Source: Candidatus Pelagibacterales bacterium (GTDB taxonomy: Bacteria > Pseudomonadota > Alphaproteobacteria > Pelagibacterales > Pelagibacteraceae). From it: 64,000 nucleotides of DNA. Shown here in pieces: positions 10,362-21,626 of this stretch. Below the pieces are notes generated by a model. That model ran no database searches, was not told the origin of the DNA, and saw nothing but the letters and a program-made list of their open reading frames with translations. The position numbers were made by a program, and so were the translations under genes. The stretch is from the NCBI GenBank assembly GCA_965244655.1, contig OZ251737.1:480460-544459 (forward strand), given 5' to 3'. Every line of letters starts with the position of its first letter. The first letter of the stretch is position 1.

Positions 10362-11208
10362 TAATATTAAATTATTCTGTTTTGGTTTTGGGTTATCTGC
10401 CCAATATTTAGTTAAGCTATTAATAGATAAAAAAGAAAATTTTTCAGTTGCAGGCACCTCTAGATCTAAAATTAAATTTAAAGAAAAAGAAGTGAAAAGT
10501 TTTTATTTAGAAGAAGAGAAATTCGACTTAAAAATTATTGAATACCTAAAAGATGTAACTCATGTATTGGTATCAACACCCCCAAAAATAGAAGATGTTA
10601 TTATTAAAAATTTTTATGACATTTTGTCATCTAATAAAAAATTAATATGGTTCGGGTACTTATCTTCAACGAGTGTTTATGGAAATCATGACGGAGAATG
10701 GGTTACAGAAAACTCTAATACAAATCCAACTTCAGATGCTGGAATGAATAGATTGCATGCAGAAAAAAAATTCCTACAAACTAATCTACCTGTTAGAATT
10801 TTTAGATTATCTGGAATTTATTCTAAAGAAAGAAATGTCCTAGATAGATTAAAACATCAAGAGATAAGAGTTGTCCAAATGAAAAATCAAATTTTTTCAA
10901 GAATACACGTAGAGGATATTGCTCAAACTTTATGGAACTCTTTTCAAAAGTCAAAAGTAAAAGATATATTCAATGTTAGTGATGATATGCCTTGCTCATA
11001 TAAAGAGGTAGTAGAGTATGCTTCAAAACTTTTAGGGATAGAAAAGCCAAAAGAGGTTTCTTTCAAAGATCTCCCTGAAGGAAGTATGAAAAATTTTTAT
11101 CTTGATAGTAAAAAAGTAAGTAATCAAAAAGCTAAATTAATGGGTCTTCAACTAAAATATCCTACTTATAAAGAGGGCTTAGATAGCATATTTAATCAGT
11201 TTAATTAA
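10354..11208 (+). CDS. NAD-dependent epimerase/dehydratase (extended SDR); probable non-AUG start upstream of the ORF-track GTG at 10492
   Basis: frame stays open upstream of 10492 and encodes KLFCFGFGLSA (Rossmann motif); YLSSTSVYG, IFRLSGIY, FSRIHVEDIA, LKYPTYKEGL. Confidence 0.8.
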   Translation: MSNNIKLFCFGFGLSAQYLVKLLIDKKENFSVAGTSRSKIKFKEKEVKSFYLEEEKFDLKIIEYLKDVTHVLVSTPPKIEDVIIKNFYDILSSNKKLIWFGYLSSTSVYGNHDGEWVTENSNTNPTSDAGMNRLHAEKKFLQTNLPVRIFRLSGIYSKERNVLDRLKHQEIRVVQMKNQIFSRIHVEDIAQTLWNSFQKSKVKDIFNVSDDMPCSYKEVVEYASKLLGIEKPKEVSFKDLPEGSMKNFYLDSKKVSNQKAKLMGLQLKYPTYKEGLDSIFNQFN

Positions 11209-11943
11209 TTCTCCAGTTATTTTTTTAAAATCCTCCTTACTACTAAGACTGTGATCTCCATTTTTTTGTAAAAAAATAATTTTATCTTTTGATAAAAAGG
11301 TTTTTAATAATTGAATTGAAAATTCTTTCCCCACACTTTTATCATTGAGACCGTGAAATAACCTTATAGGAAAATTGCATTTAATTTTTTTGTGAAGAAT
11401 TAGACTATTATTTCCACTAAGAATTAACTTCTTAGATATGGGATAAAAATTACCATAAGAGCTTGGCAAATTATAAATTATACCTTTATTAATCATTGAT
11501 TTTGTTTTTGCAGAAAATCGTTCCCACATTATTTTTTTAGTAAAATCTGGAGCTGAGGCAATTCCAATAAATCCCTTTATATTTTTTCTTATTTTTTGTA
11601 TGAGTGATGCAGCTATCCATGCACCCATGGATGAACCTATTAAAATTACATTTTTTGTTTTAATTGTTGATTCTATTATTTCTTTAGATTGTTCTATCCA
11701 ATCTTTTATTCCATAATTAGTTATAGTACCCGATGATTTTCCATGTCCTGAATATTCAAAGGTTAAAAAAGGAACATTTTGTCTGGAACAAAATTTGCTT
11801 AGTAGTTTTATTTTTTTTCCTGTTAAATCAGACATAAACCCATGAAAAAAAATGATAGCAATAGGTTTTCTTCCTCGAACTAATTTATATCTAATTAACT
11901 CTTTCTTTTTAGTCTGGAAAAATTTAACTTGTTTATTATTCAT
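11179..11943 (-). CDS. alpha/beta hydrolase (esterase/thioesterase family)
   Basis: HGFMSD, YSGHGKS, GSSMG nucleophile elbow, ASAPDF, HG..D, GDHSLS. Confidence 0.88.
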   Translation of the reverse strand: MNNKQVKFFQTKKKELIRYKLVRGRKPIAIIFFHGFMSDLTGKKIKLLSKFCSRQNVPFLTFEYSGHGKSSGTITNYGIKDWIEQSKEIIESTIKTKNVILIGSSMGAWIAASLIQKIRKNIKGFIGIASAPDFTKKIMWERFSAKTKSMINKGIIYNLPSSYGNFYPISKKLILSGNNSLILHKKIKCNFPIRLFHGLNDKSVGKEFSIQLLKTFLSKDKIIFLQKNGDHSLSSKEDFKKITGELIKLIKYAI

Positions 11944-11973
11944 TATGAATATTAATTTTTTAACACAAATTTT

Positions 11974-13110
11974 ATGTTTAAAAAAATAAGATTACTCCAA
12001 GTAATACCAAATATGGGTATTGGTGGTGCAGAAACAGGATGTAGACATGTAGCCGAATATGTTTCAGAACATGCTGAATTTTCAAGTATTTTAACTTCTG
12101 GCGGTTCTCAGCTTGATCTGATCAATAATAAAGTAAAAGTATTTAAGTGGCCTGTTTCTAAAAATATAGTCATGATGTTGTTAAATATATTTTATATTTT
12201 TTTTCTTATAAAAAAAAATAACATCAACATCGTACATGTACGTAGTAGAGGCCCTGCCTGGTCTTGTTATTTAGCTTGTAAGTTTTCTGGTGCTAAGATG
12301 GTTACCACCTTCCACGGGACCTATAACTTCACATCATCTATAAAAAAATATTACAATTCAATCATGCTAAAATCTGATCATGTGATTGCCAGTTCTAATT
12401 TTATTTTGAATCACATAAAAACAAATTACAAAACAATAAATAATATTAGCGTTATCAAACGAGGAATTGATCAGAATTATTTTGATCCATTAAATGTCTC
12501 CGATCATGATCAGGAAACTTTAAGAAAAGAAATGGGATTTTCAAATGATAATTTTTTAGTTTTGTTACCAGGCAGATTAACATCTTGGAAAGGACAGATG
12601 TTATTTATAGAAGCTGCTAATTATTTAAAAACCAAAGATAAAATCTCAAATATATTTTTTATTATTTTGGGAGATTCTCAGGGCAGGCATGATTATGAAG
12701 ATCAATTAAAAAAATTAATATATTCTTATAAAATGGTTGATAAAGTTAGACTTGTACATCCTTTAAAAAGTATGCCATTAGCGTATGCGTTTGTTAATTT
12801 AGTTGTTTCTGCATCGATAGAGCCAGAGGCATTTGGAAGAGTTAGTATTGAAGCGCAAGCTATGAAAAAGCCTATATTAGCTAGTGCTATTGGCGGATCT
12901 GTAGAAACAGTTTTAGATAAAAAAACAGGTTGGTTATTTAAATCAAATAATACCGAGGATCTTGCCAATCATATTTACAACATTTCAAAAATGGAAAAAT
13001 CAGCGCTTAAGACAATTGGTAATGAAGGAAGAAATAATGTCATTAAAAACTACACTAAAGATACAATGTGTTTAAAAACACTAGAAATTTATCATTCACT
13101 AGTTTATTAA
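11974..13110 (+). CDS. glycosyltransferase family 4
   Basis: GGAE, HVRSRGPAW, TTFHGTY, PGRLTSWKGQ, EAFGRVSIEAQAM motifs. Confidence 0.9.
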   Translation: MFKKIRLLQVIPNMGIGGAETGCRHVAEYVSEHAEFSSILTSGGSQLDLINNKVKVFKWPVSKNIVMMLLNIFYIFFLIKKNNINIVHVRSRGPAWSCYLACKFSGAKMVTTFHGTYNFTSSIKKYYNSIMLKSDHVIASSNFILNHIKTNYKTINNISVIKRGIDQNYFDPLNVSDHDQETLRKEMGFSNDNFLVLLPGRLTSWKGQMLFIEAANYLKTKDKISNIFFIILGDSQGRHDYEDQLKKLIYSYKMVDKVRLVHPLKSMPLAYAFVNLVVSASIEPEAFGRVSIEAQAMKKPILASAIGGSVETVLDKKTGWLFKSNNTEDLANHIYNISKMEKSALKTIGNEGRNNVIKNYTKDTMCLKTLEIYHSLVY

Positions 13111-13137
13111 ATCTTCAATGATATCTGACCAGCGTAT

Positions 13138-15054
13138 ATGCCAATAATTCAACTGCCTGATGGTAAAAAAGTAACTTACGAAAACGCTGTAACAGGATTT
13201 GATATAGCAAAAGATATTAGCATCTCATTATCTAAAAAAGCTTTAGCACTGCAGGTTGACGGAGAATATAAAGATTTAGATACTACTATTAGCAAAGATT
13301 CTTCAGTAAAAATAATCACATTAGAAGATGATTATGCATTAGAATTACTAAGACATGATAGCGCCCATGTTTGCGCAATGGCAGTTCAAGAACTTTTTCC
13401 AGGAACGCAAGTTACAATTGGTCCGGTCATTGACAATGGTTTTTATTATGACTTTGCAAGAAAAGAGCCATTTACAGAAGACGATTTGGCAAAAATTGAA
13501 AAAAGAATGATGGAAATTGTAGATCGTGATGACAAAACTACAAGAGAAGTTTGGGAAAGAAAAAAAGCGGTTGAACATTTTAAAAGTATTGGTGAACACT
13601 ATAAAGCAGAAATAATAGACTCTATTCCTGGTAAGGAAGAAATATCAATTTATTTTCATGGTAAGTGGCATGATTTGTGTCGAGGACCTCATTTACCCAG
13701 CATAGGAAAAATTGGTAAAGCATTTAAATTAATGAAAGTTGCAGGGGCGTATTGGAGAGGAGATTCTAACAACGTCATGTTGCAGAGAATTTATGGAACA
13801 TGCTGGAAAACTAAAAAAGACCTAGACGAATATTTACACAATTTAGAAGAAGCAGAAAAAAGAGATCATAGAAAACTTGGAAAAACTATGGATCTATTTC
13901 ATTTCCAAGAAGAAAGTCCAGGAGCAGTTTTTTGGCATCAAAAAGGATGGGCATTATTTCAAACTCTCGTAGAGTTTATGAGAAAAAAACAATTAGAGGC
14001 TGGCTATAAAGAAGTAAATACTCCCGAAATTATTGATAGAGCATTGTGGGAAAAATCAGGTCACTGGGAAAAATTTCATGAATATATGTATACAACAATT
14101 ACACCTGACGAAAGAACGTTTGCAATTAAGCCAATGAATTGTCCTGGCCACTGTCAGATTTATAATCAGGGATTAAAAAGTTACAAAGATCTTCCTTTAA
14201 AATTATCAGAATTTGGAAAAGTTCATAGATACGAACCATCAGGTTCTTTGCATGGTTTAATGCGAGTTCGCTCTTTCACACAAGATGATGCGCATATTTT
14301 TTGTACAGAAGAGCAAATTACTGAAGAATCAGTCAAAGTTACTAAATTAATTTTAGACATTTACAAAGCATTTGGTTTTGAAAATATCAGTCTTAAATAT
14401 GCTGATCGTCCAGCAAAAAGAGTGGGCGAAGATTCTGTTTGGGATAAATCAGAACAAGCTTTATTAGAAGCAATAAAAGCATCTAAAGTCGAATATACAA
14501 TTAATAAAGGTGAAGGTGCATTTTATGGTCCAAAAATTGAATTTGTATTAAGAGATGCCATCGGAAGAGACTGGCAGTGCGGAACATTGCAAGTAGATTT
14601 AAATTTACCAGGTAGATTAGGCGCAACCTACATAGATAAAGACGGTAAGAAAAAAATACCTGTTATGCTCCACCGAGCACTTTTTGGATCTTTGGAAAGA
14701 TTTACAGGAATTTTAATAGAGCACTACGCAGGAAAACTTCCTTTTTGGTTATCACCTGTGCAGGTAGCAATACTTCCCATTAGTGAAGAGCATCATCATT
14801 ATGCAAAAGAAATATTAAATCAGCTTGAAAAAAAAGGAATAAGAACTATTATTGATTTAAAGAATGAAAAAATTAACTACAAAATCAGAGAACACTCCCT
14901 TGAAAAAATTCCCGTCTTAATGATTTGCGGAACTAAAGAAATGCAAGACAAAACTATTACTTTGCGAAGATTGGGCCAAGAAGAACAGCAAACAGCAAAA
15001 TTAGATGAGATAATTTCTAGTTTGTCACAAGAGTCACAAACTCCGAAAATCTAA
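13138..15054 (+). CDS. thrS: threonine--tRNA ligase
   Basis: TGS domain, DLCRGPH, RDHRKLG, KPMNCPGH, RYEPSG, GAFYGPKI, GSLERF. Confidence 0.98.
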   Translation: MPIIQLPDGKKVTYENAVTGFDIAKDISISLSKKALALQVDGEYKDLDTTISKDSSVKIITLEDDYALELLRHDSAHVCAMAVQELFPGTQVTIGPVIDNGFYYDFARKEPFTEDDLAKIEKRMMEIVDRDDKTTREVWERKKAVEHFKSIGEHYKAEIIDSIPGKEEISIYFHGKWHDLCRGPHLPSIGKIGKAFKLMKVAGAYWRGDSNNVMLQRIYGTCWKTKKDLDEYLHNLEEAEKRDHRKLGKTMDLFHFQEESPGAVFWHQKGWALFQTLVEFMRKKQLEAGYKEVNTPEIIDRALWEKSGHWEKFHEYMYTTITPDERTFAIKPMNCPGHCQIYNQGLKSYKDLPLKLSEFGKVHRYEPSGSLHGLMRVRSFTQDDAHIFCTEEQITEESVKVTKLILDIYKAFGFENISLKYADRPAKRVGEDSVWDKSEQALLEAIKASKVEYTINKGEGAFYGPKIEFVLRDAIGRDWQCGTLQVDLNLPGRLGATYIDKDGKKKIPVMLHRALFGSLERFTGILIEHYAGKLPFWLSPVQVAILPISEEHHHYAKEILNQLEKKGIRTIIDLKNEKINYKIREHSLEKIPVLMICGTKEMQDKTITLRRLGQEEQQTAKLDEIISSLSQESQTPKI

Positions 15055-15065
15055 GAGGTATCCTT

Positions 15066-15605
15066 ATTAATAAAAATTTTCAAAATAACCGCAAGCCTAG
15101 AGATAGAGGCCCACGTACTAATAATAATATTAGAGCAACAGAAGTTCAGCTGATCGGTCATGAAGGTGAAAACATTGGTATTGTTCCTCTTGGAGAAGCA
15201 ATCAATAGAGCGCAAGAAGTGGGTTTGGATCTTATAGAGATTGCCCCTAATACGAAACCACCTGTTTGTAAAATTATGGACAGCGGCAAGTTTAAATATG
15301 AATTACAAAAAAAAGCTAGTCAGGCTAGAAAAAAACAAAAAATAATTAATTTAAAAGAAATTAAGTTAAGACCAGTCACCGATGTTCACGATTATGATTT
15401 TAAAATTAAAAATGCTCTAAAGTTTTTATCTTCGGGAGATAAAGTTAAATTTACAATTAAATTCAAAGGCAGAGAGATGGAATATATGAAAGCAGCACAC
15501 GATCTTGTTAGAAGAATTATTGAAGACACGAAAGAATTAGGTAAGGTGGAGCAGTCTGCAAAGATGGAAGGTCGACAAATGACCCTAATAATTCAAGCCT
15601 TATAA
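15066..15605 (+). CDS. infC: translation initiation factor IF-3 (ATT start)
   Basis: in-frame ATT at 15066 preceded by GAGGT SD (15055-15059); RTNNNIRATEVQLI, PPVCKIMD, KEIKLRP, GDKVK, FKGREM. Confidence 0.95.
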   Translation: MNKNFQNNRKPRDRGPRTNNNIRATEVQLIGHEGENIGIVPLGEAINRAQEVGLDLIEIAPNTKPPVCKIMDSGKFKYELQKKASQARKKQKIINLKEIKLRPVTDVHDYDFKIKNALKFLSSGDKVKFTIKFKGREMEYMKAAHDLVRRIIEDTKELGKVEQSAKMEGRQMTLIIQAL

Positions 15606-15619
15606 GCAATCGATTTCTA

Positions 15620-15648
15620 TTGTTTTCAAATCGCAATCTTTGTATAAC
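15620..15648 (+). promoter_or_regulatory. putative sigma70 promoter of rpmI-rplT
   Basis: TTGTTT-N17-TATAAC, ending 14 nt before the rpmI ATG. Confidence 0.5.
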
Positions 15649-15662
15649 CCCGATACATTTTT

Positions 15663-15869
15663 ATGGGAAAACTAAAAACTAAAAGCTCAGCAAAAAAGCG
15701 TTTCAGATTTACAGCTACTGGAAAAGTTAAAGCACCACAGGCTGGTAAAAGACATGGAATGATCAAGCGAACCAACAAACAGATCAGAACATTAAGAGGT
15801 ATGACGATTTTGTCTAAACAAGACTCTAAAATCATTAAGTCGTATATGCCCTATAGTGTAAGAGGTTAA
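15663..15869 (+). CDS. rpmI: 50S ribosomal protein L35
   Basis: [22 protein letters not shown]; between infC and rplT. Confidence 0.96.
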   Translation: MGKLKTKSSAKKRFRFTATGKVKAPQAGKRHGMIKRTNKQIRTLRGMTILSKQDSKIIKSYMPYSVRG

Positions 15870-15873
15870 TAAT

Positions 15874-16230
15874 ATGTCTAGAGTCAAAAGAGGTGTAGCT
15901 AGTCATAAAAAACATAAAAAAGTTTTTAAGCAAGCAAAGGGATTTAGAGGAAGAAGAAAAAATACTATTAGAGTTGCAAAGCAAGCAGTAGAAAAGTCAT
16001 TGCAATATGCTTACAGAGATAGAAGAAGAAATAAAAGAATTTTTAGATCATTGTGGATTCAAAGAATTAACGCTGGAGTAAGAGCGGAAGGTTTAACGTA
16101 TTCTAAGTTTATTAACGGGCTTATTAAATCTAAAATTAAAATTGATCGTAAAGTATTAGCGGATATTGCATACCACAATCCTGAAACCTTTAAATCTATT
16201 GTAAAAAAGGTACAATCTCATCTAAATTAA
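15874..16230 (+). CDS. rplT: 50S ribosomal protein L20
   Basis: [35 protein letters not shown]. Confidence 0.97.
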   Translation: MSRVKRGVASHKKHKKVFKQAKGFRGRRKNTIRVAKQAVEKSLQYAYRDRRRNKRIFRSLWIQRINAGVRAEGLTYSKFINGLIKSKIKIDRKVLADIAYHNPETFKSIVKKVQSHLN

Positions 16231-16251
16231 ATTACACTTTTTAATTTTTAG

Positions 16252-17319
16252 ATGAATGATCTAGCTACATTACAACAGCAAATATTTAATAAATTTTCTC
16301 AACTAAAAAACAAAGAAGATTTAGAGAATTTAAGAATTGAAGTACTTGGAAAAAAGGGAAGTGTATCTAAACTATTTCAAGATCTTGCAACCATAGATAA
16401 AGACAAAAAAAAAGAATTTGCTTCTCAACTCAATATATTAAAATCAAAAATTCTCGAAGAATTTAATAAATATTCATCAAAATTTGGACAAGATGAATTG
16501 AAAAAAAAATTACACAGTGAAACTATCGATGTAACTCTACCAACACCAAAAAAACCTCAAGGAAAAATTCATCCCGTATCCCAAGTTATTGATGAACTAA
16601 CGTGCATTTTTGCAGAACTTGGTTTTTCAGTTGCAGAAGGACCAGATATTGAAAACGAATATAATAATTTTACAGCTTTAAATACACCACCAAATCATCC
16701 AGCGAGAGATATGCATGATACTTTTTACCTAGATGAAAACAAACAGACTTTACTAAGAACCCACACATCACCAGTTCAAATCAGAACTATGTTGAATGAC
16801 AAACCACCATTTAAAATTATCGCACCAGGAAGAACGTATCGCTGTGATAGCGATCAAACACACACACCAATGTTTCATCAACTTGAAGGTTTATATGTAG
16901 ATAAAAACGTTACTATGGCGGACCTAAGAGGCTGTCTTGATTATTTTTTAAAAAAATTTTTTGAAGTTGATCAGATTAAAATGAGATTTCGCCCAAGTCA
17001 CTTTCCATTTACAGAGCCCTCCGCTGAAGTGGACATTGGTTACGAAATTAAAGATGGAAAAATTACAATAGGACAAGGCGATAAGTGGCTAGAAATTTTA
17101 GGTTGCGGAATGGTTCATCCTAATGTGTTAAAAAATGCTAAAGTCGATTCTAGTAAATACCAGGGTTATGCTTTTGGCGTGGGAATAGACCGTTTAGCAA
17201 TGTTAAAATATGGAATTAACGATTTAAGATCTTTCTTTGAAAGCGATGTTCGTTGGTTAGAACATTTTGGATTTAATGCTAACGATGTGCCAAGTAATTA
17301 TAGAGGTTTGGCAAGATGA
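16252..17319 (+). CDS. pheS: phenylalanine--tRNA ligase alpha subunit
   Basis: [52 protein letters not shown]. Confidence 0.98.
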   Translation: MNDLATLQQQIFNKFSQLKNKEDLENLRIEVLGKKGSVSKLFQDLATIDKDKKKEFASQLNILKSKILEEFNKYSSKFGQDELKKKLHSETIDVTLPTPKKPQGKIHPVSQVIDELTCIFAELGFSVAEGPDIENEYNNFTALNTPPNHPARDMHDTFYLDENKQTLLRTHTSPVQIRTMLNDKPPFKIIAPGRTYRCDSDQTHTPMFHQLEGLYVDKNVTMADLRGCLDYFLKKFFEVDQIKMRFRPSHFPFTEPSAEVDIGYEIKDGKITIGQGDKWLEILGCGMVHPNVLKNAKVDSSKYQGYAFGVGIDRLAMLKYGINDLRSFFESDVRWLEHFGFNANDVPSNYRGLAR

Positions 17320-19707
17320 ATATAACATTAGCCTGGTTAAAAAAATATTTAAGAACAAAATCAACCACTGAACAAATTGCTGAAAAATTAACATCAATAG
17401 GTTTGGAGGTGGAGAGCATTAGCTCTGCTAAGAGTAATTTGTCTAATTTTAAAGTTTGCAAAATAATCAAAGCTATTAAACACCCCGAGGCAGATAAGTT
17501 AAAAATTTGTGACGTGGATATTGGAGATGGAAAAATTACCAAAGTGGTTTGTGGAGCCTCTAATGCAAGAGACGGATTAACCACTGTATATGCTTCACCA
17601 GGAACAGTAATTCCAAAAAATGGAATGAAGCTTTCTGTTGCTAAAATAAGGGGAGTAGAGTCTTTTGGTATGCTCTGTTCAGAATCCGAACTAAATCTTT
17701 CAGAAGAAAGCGATGGTATTATTGAATTAAAAAACAAACAGAACTATAGGAGATAATTTTTTTAAAGAAAACTTAGACCCCATGATTGATATTTCTATCA
17801 CTCCTAATAGGTCAGATTGTTTAGGTGTTAGAGGAATAGCCAGAGATCTGGCAGCTTGTGGCGAAGGTACTTTTGTTGAGGAAAAATTAGAAAAAATAAA
17901 AATTAATTCAAAAAAAATAATTAAAGTTGAAATAGAAAAAGAATCTGGCTGTTTTCAGTTTGGTAGTTGCTTTATAGAAGGAGTTGTTAACAAAGAAAGT
18001 CCAGACTGGTTAAAAAGACACCTAGAGTCTGTAGGTCAAAAATCGATATCTGCAATTGTTGATATTACAAACTACGTAATGCTAGATATGAATAGACCGT
18101 TACATGCCTATGACGCAGACAAAATTTCTAATAAAATTATTGTAAGAAAATCCAAAAAGGGAGAAACATTTCAGGCCTTAGATGGTAAAAAATATACATT
18201 ATCAAATAATAGTTGTGTTATTGCAGATGACTCAAAAATTCTTGGACTTGGAGGAATTTTAGGAGGTGAATTAAGTGGAACGGAAATGAATACCACCAAT
18301 GTTGTTATAGAAGCAGCTAGTTTTGATCCAATTTCAATTACAAAATCTTCAAAAGAACTTGGTATTATAACTGATGCTAAATACCGATTTGAGAGAGGCG
18401 TAGACCCAAATTCTTTAGAAGAAGGATTAATAAAATCAGCAAAATTAATACAAGAGATTTGTGGGGGTAAAATAGGAAAAATTAATATTGCTGGATCATC
18501 AACATATAAGCAAAGAAAAATTAATTTTATTTTATCTAATTTTAAAAAACTTATAGGTTTTGAAATTTCTAAAGCAGACTCTATAAAAATTTTAGAAAAA
18601 TTAGGATTTAAAGTAAAAGACAAAAAAACAAGCTTAGAATTAATAGTGCCAAGTTTTAGACCTGATATTAATCAGGAAGTAGATATCATTGAAGAACTTA
18701 TAAGAATTAAGGGCTATAATAATATTCCGCTATCCGAACCTAATAGAGCAGTTTTAAAACCAGCTTTAAATTACCAGCAAAAAATTTTTCATTATACTCA
18801 AAGATCAATAGCCTCTATTGGTTATTTAGAGACCATTACTTGGTCTTTTTCTAATTCAAAAATCGATGATTTTTTTTCAGAAAAAAAATTGAGACTTGCA
18901 AACCCAATTTCATCAGAACTTGATACATTGAGAACTTCTATTTTTTCAAATTTATTAATTCATTCAAAAAATAACGTTGATAGAGATTGTAAAAACTTCA
19001 TGTTATTTGAAATTGGCCCTGTATTTTATGGTAATCAATCTGGACAGCAAAATACGATTGCTGCCGGCATAAGATTGGGAAATAAAATTGAAAAGACCTG
19101 GACAGAAAAAACAATAAAAACAAGCGCTTATGATGTGAAAAGTGATATTTTGCATATTCTAATGGATCTGGGTTTTGATGAAAAAAAATTAGTTATTGAA
19201 AGTAAAACAAATCAATCTTTTCACCCAGGTAGATCTGGGGCAGTACATTTAGGATCTGCTAAAGGACCTTTGCTTGGTTGTTTCGGAGAATTAAACCCAA
19301 TTATTCTTAATCAATTAGGGTTAGAAAATTATTCAATATGTGGTTTTGAACTTTATTTAGATAATATTACCGAACCTAAAAAAAAGTACAAAGATGCAAG
19401 ATCAGCTTATGTGGTTTCTAAATTTCAAGTAGTTGAAAGAGATTTTGCATTTATTGTAAGCAAAGACATTAAAGCCAGTCAGTTAATTTCTTTAATTAAA
19501 AGTTGTGAACCGCAATTGATTATAAGCATTGATATCTTTGATGTATACGAAGGCAGCAATATTGAACAAGGAAAAAAATCAATTGCTTTTAATGTTAAAA
19601 TGCAATCAATGGAAAAAACTTTAGATGAAAAAACTATTGAGGACGTTAGTCAAAAAATTATATCTTCTGTGCAATCTTCAACTGGTGGCACTTTAAGAAG
19701 TTCATGA
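17316..19707 (+). CDS. pheT: phenylalanine--tRNA ligase beta subunit, split by one apparent +1 base near 17730-17747
   Basis: ORF 17316-17756 ([30 protein letters not shown]) continues in ORF 17782-19707 ([39 protein letters not shown]). Confidence 0.93.
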
Positions 19708-21512
19708 GTTCTACAGATTTAATAAGAAATTTTTCAATTGTAGCACATATAGATCATGGCAAATCAACACTTGCTGATAGGCTTATTCAAACTTGCGGTG
19801 GTTTAGAGGAAAGAGAAATGAAAGAGCAAGTTCTAGACTCAATGGATATTGAAAGAGAAAGAGGAATTACTATCAAAGCTCAAACAGTCAGGCTTAATTA
19901 TAAGCATACAGACGGAAAAAATTATATTTTAAATATCATGGACACACCAGGACATGTGGACTTTAGTTATGAGGTAAGCAGATCTCTAGCAGCATGCGAA
20001 GGTTCATTGTTAGTTGTAGATAGCTCACAAGGTGTGGAGGCTCAAACCCTAGCAAACGTTTATCAAGCTATGGATAATAATCATGAAATTGTAGTTGTAC
20101 TTAATAAAGCAGATTTACCAGCATCAGAACCTGAAAAAGTTAAACAAGAGATTGAAGATGTAATTGGTATTGATACCTCTAACGCAATCTTGGCTTCAGG
20201 AAAAACAGGCTTGGGAATTGAGGAAATTTTAAAGGCAATTGTAGAAAGATTACCAGCACCAAAAAGTGAAAGTGATGATCAACTAAAAGCTCTCCTGGTA
20301 GATAGTTGGTACGATAGTTATTTAGGAGTTGTTATATTAGTTAGAGTTATTGATGGTTTTATCAAAAAAGATGATGAAATTTTAATGATGTCGAATAATG
20401 CTAAATATAAAATTGATAAAGTAGGAGTTTTTACCCCAAAGCCAATCGATAGAGATAATTTAGGACCTGGCGAAATGGGATTTATTGTAACTGGAATTAA
20501 AAGTGTTTCTGAGACAAAAGTTGGAGATACAATTACATTAACCAAAAATCCAGTTGCAAAAGCATTACCTGGTTTTAAGCCAAGCAAGCCAGTTGTTTTT
20601 TGTGGATTATTCCCAGTTGATAGTTCTGATTATGGACTTCTAAGAGATAGTTTGGGAAAACTTGCTTTAAATGATTCAAGTTTGATATACGAACCTGAAT
20701 CTTCAACAGCTCTTGGTCTTGGATTTAGATGTGGTTTTTTGGGTTTGCTCCATCTTGAAATTGTGGTTGAAAGATTAGACCGTGAATATGACCTTAATTT
20801 AATAACTACAACACCAGGCGTTATCTATAAGTTAGAAAAAACAGATGGAACCACTTCTGATTTGCAGAACCCTAGTAACATGCCCGAACCAAATTATATC
20901 AAAACAATTAAGGAACCATGGATTAATGCAACCCTAATTACTCCTGATGAATATTTAGGATCTATTATTAAACTTTGTGAAGAAAAAAGAGGCTCTCAAA
21001 AAAACTTGTCATATTCTGGAAATAGAGCCATTTTAAAATATGAATTACCTCTAAACGAGGTCGTATTTGATTTTTATGATAGACTAAAATCTATTTCTAG
21101 CGGCTATGCTAGTTTTGATTATGAAATAAGCGAATATAAAGAGGGAGAACTAATTAAGCTTTCGGTATTAGTTAATGCAGAACCTGTAGATGCTCTATCT
21201 ACAATTATTCATAGAGAATTTGCTGTTAGGCAGGGAAGGTTGATTTGCGAGAAATTAAAAGAATTAATTCCAAGACATCAGTTTCAGATACCAATCCAAG
21301 CAGCAATGGGAGGAAAAATTATAGCAAGGGAAACTATTCAGGGTTTTAAAAAAGATGTTTTAACCAAAATCCACGGTGGCGGCGCTAGAGATAGAAAAAG
21401 AAAATTACTTGATAAGCAAAAAAGAGGAAAATCAAGAATGAAACAATTTGGAAGTGTTGAGATTCCTCAAGAAGCTTTTATAGGAGTGCTAAAAATAAAT
21501 AAAGATGCTTAG
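19704..21512 (+). CDS. lepA: translation elongation factor 4 (LepA)
   Basis: [50 protein letters not shown]. Confidence 0.98.
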   Translation: MSSTDLIRNFSIVAHIDHGKSTLADRLIQTCGGLEEREMKEQVLDSMDIERERGITIKAQTVRLNYKHTDGKNYILNIMDTPGHVDFSYEVSRSLAACEGSLLVVDSSQGVEAQTLANVYQAMDNNHEIVVVLNKADLPASEPEKVKQEIEDVIGIDTSNAILASGKTGLGIEEILKAIVERLPAPKSESDDQLKALLVDSWYDSYLGVVILVRVIDGFIKKDDEILMMSNNAKYKIDKVGVFTPKPIDRDNLGPGEMGFIVTGIKSVSETKVGDTITLTKNPVAKALPGFKPSKPVVFCGLFPVDSSDYGLLRDSLGKLALNDSSLIYEPESSTALGLGFRCGFLGLLHLEIVVERLDREYDLNLITTTPGVIYKLEKTDGTTSDLQNPSNMPEPNYIKTIKEPWINATLITPDEYLGSIIKLCEEKRGSQKNLSYSGNRAILKYELPLNEVVFDFYDRLKSISSGYASFDYEISEYKEGELIKLSVLVNAEPVDALSTIIHREFAVRQGRLICEKLKELIPRHQFQIPIQAAMGGKIIARETIQGFKKDVLTKIHGGGARDRKRKLLDKQKRGKSRMKQFGSVEIPQEAFIGVLKINKDA

Positions 21513-21520
21513 TCAAAAAC

Positions 21521-21610
21521 GGAGAGATGTGAGAGCGGTTTAATCAGCACGCTTGGAAAGTGTGTGTACTGTCAAAGGTACCGAGGGTTCGAATCCCTCT
21601 CTCTCCGCCA
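21521..21610 (+). tRNA. tRNA-Ser (GGA)
   Basis: GGAGAGA/TCTCTCC acceptor stem, anticodon arm CACGC-TTGGAAA-GTGTG, long variable arm, GGTTCGAATCC, encoded CCA. Confidence 0.97.
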
Positions 21611-21626
21611 CATACAAATATAATTT

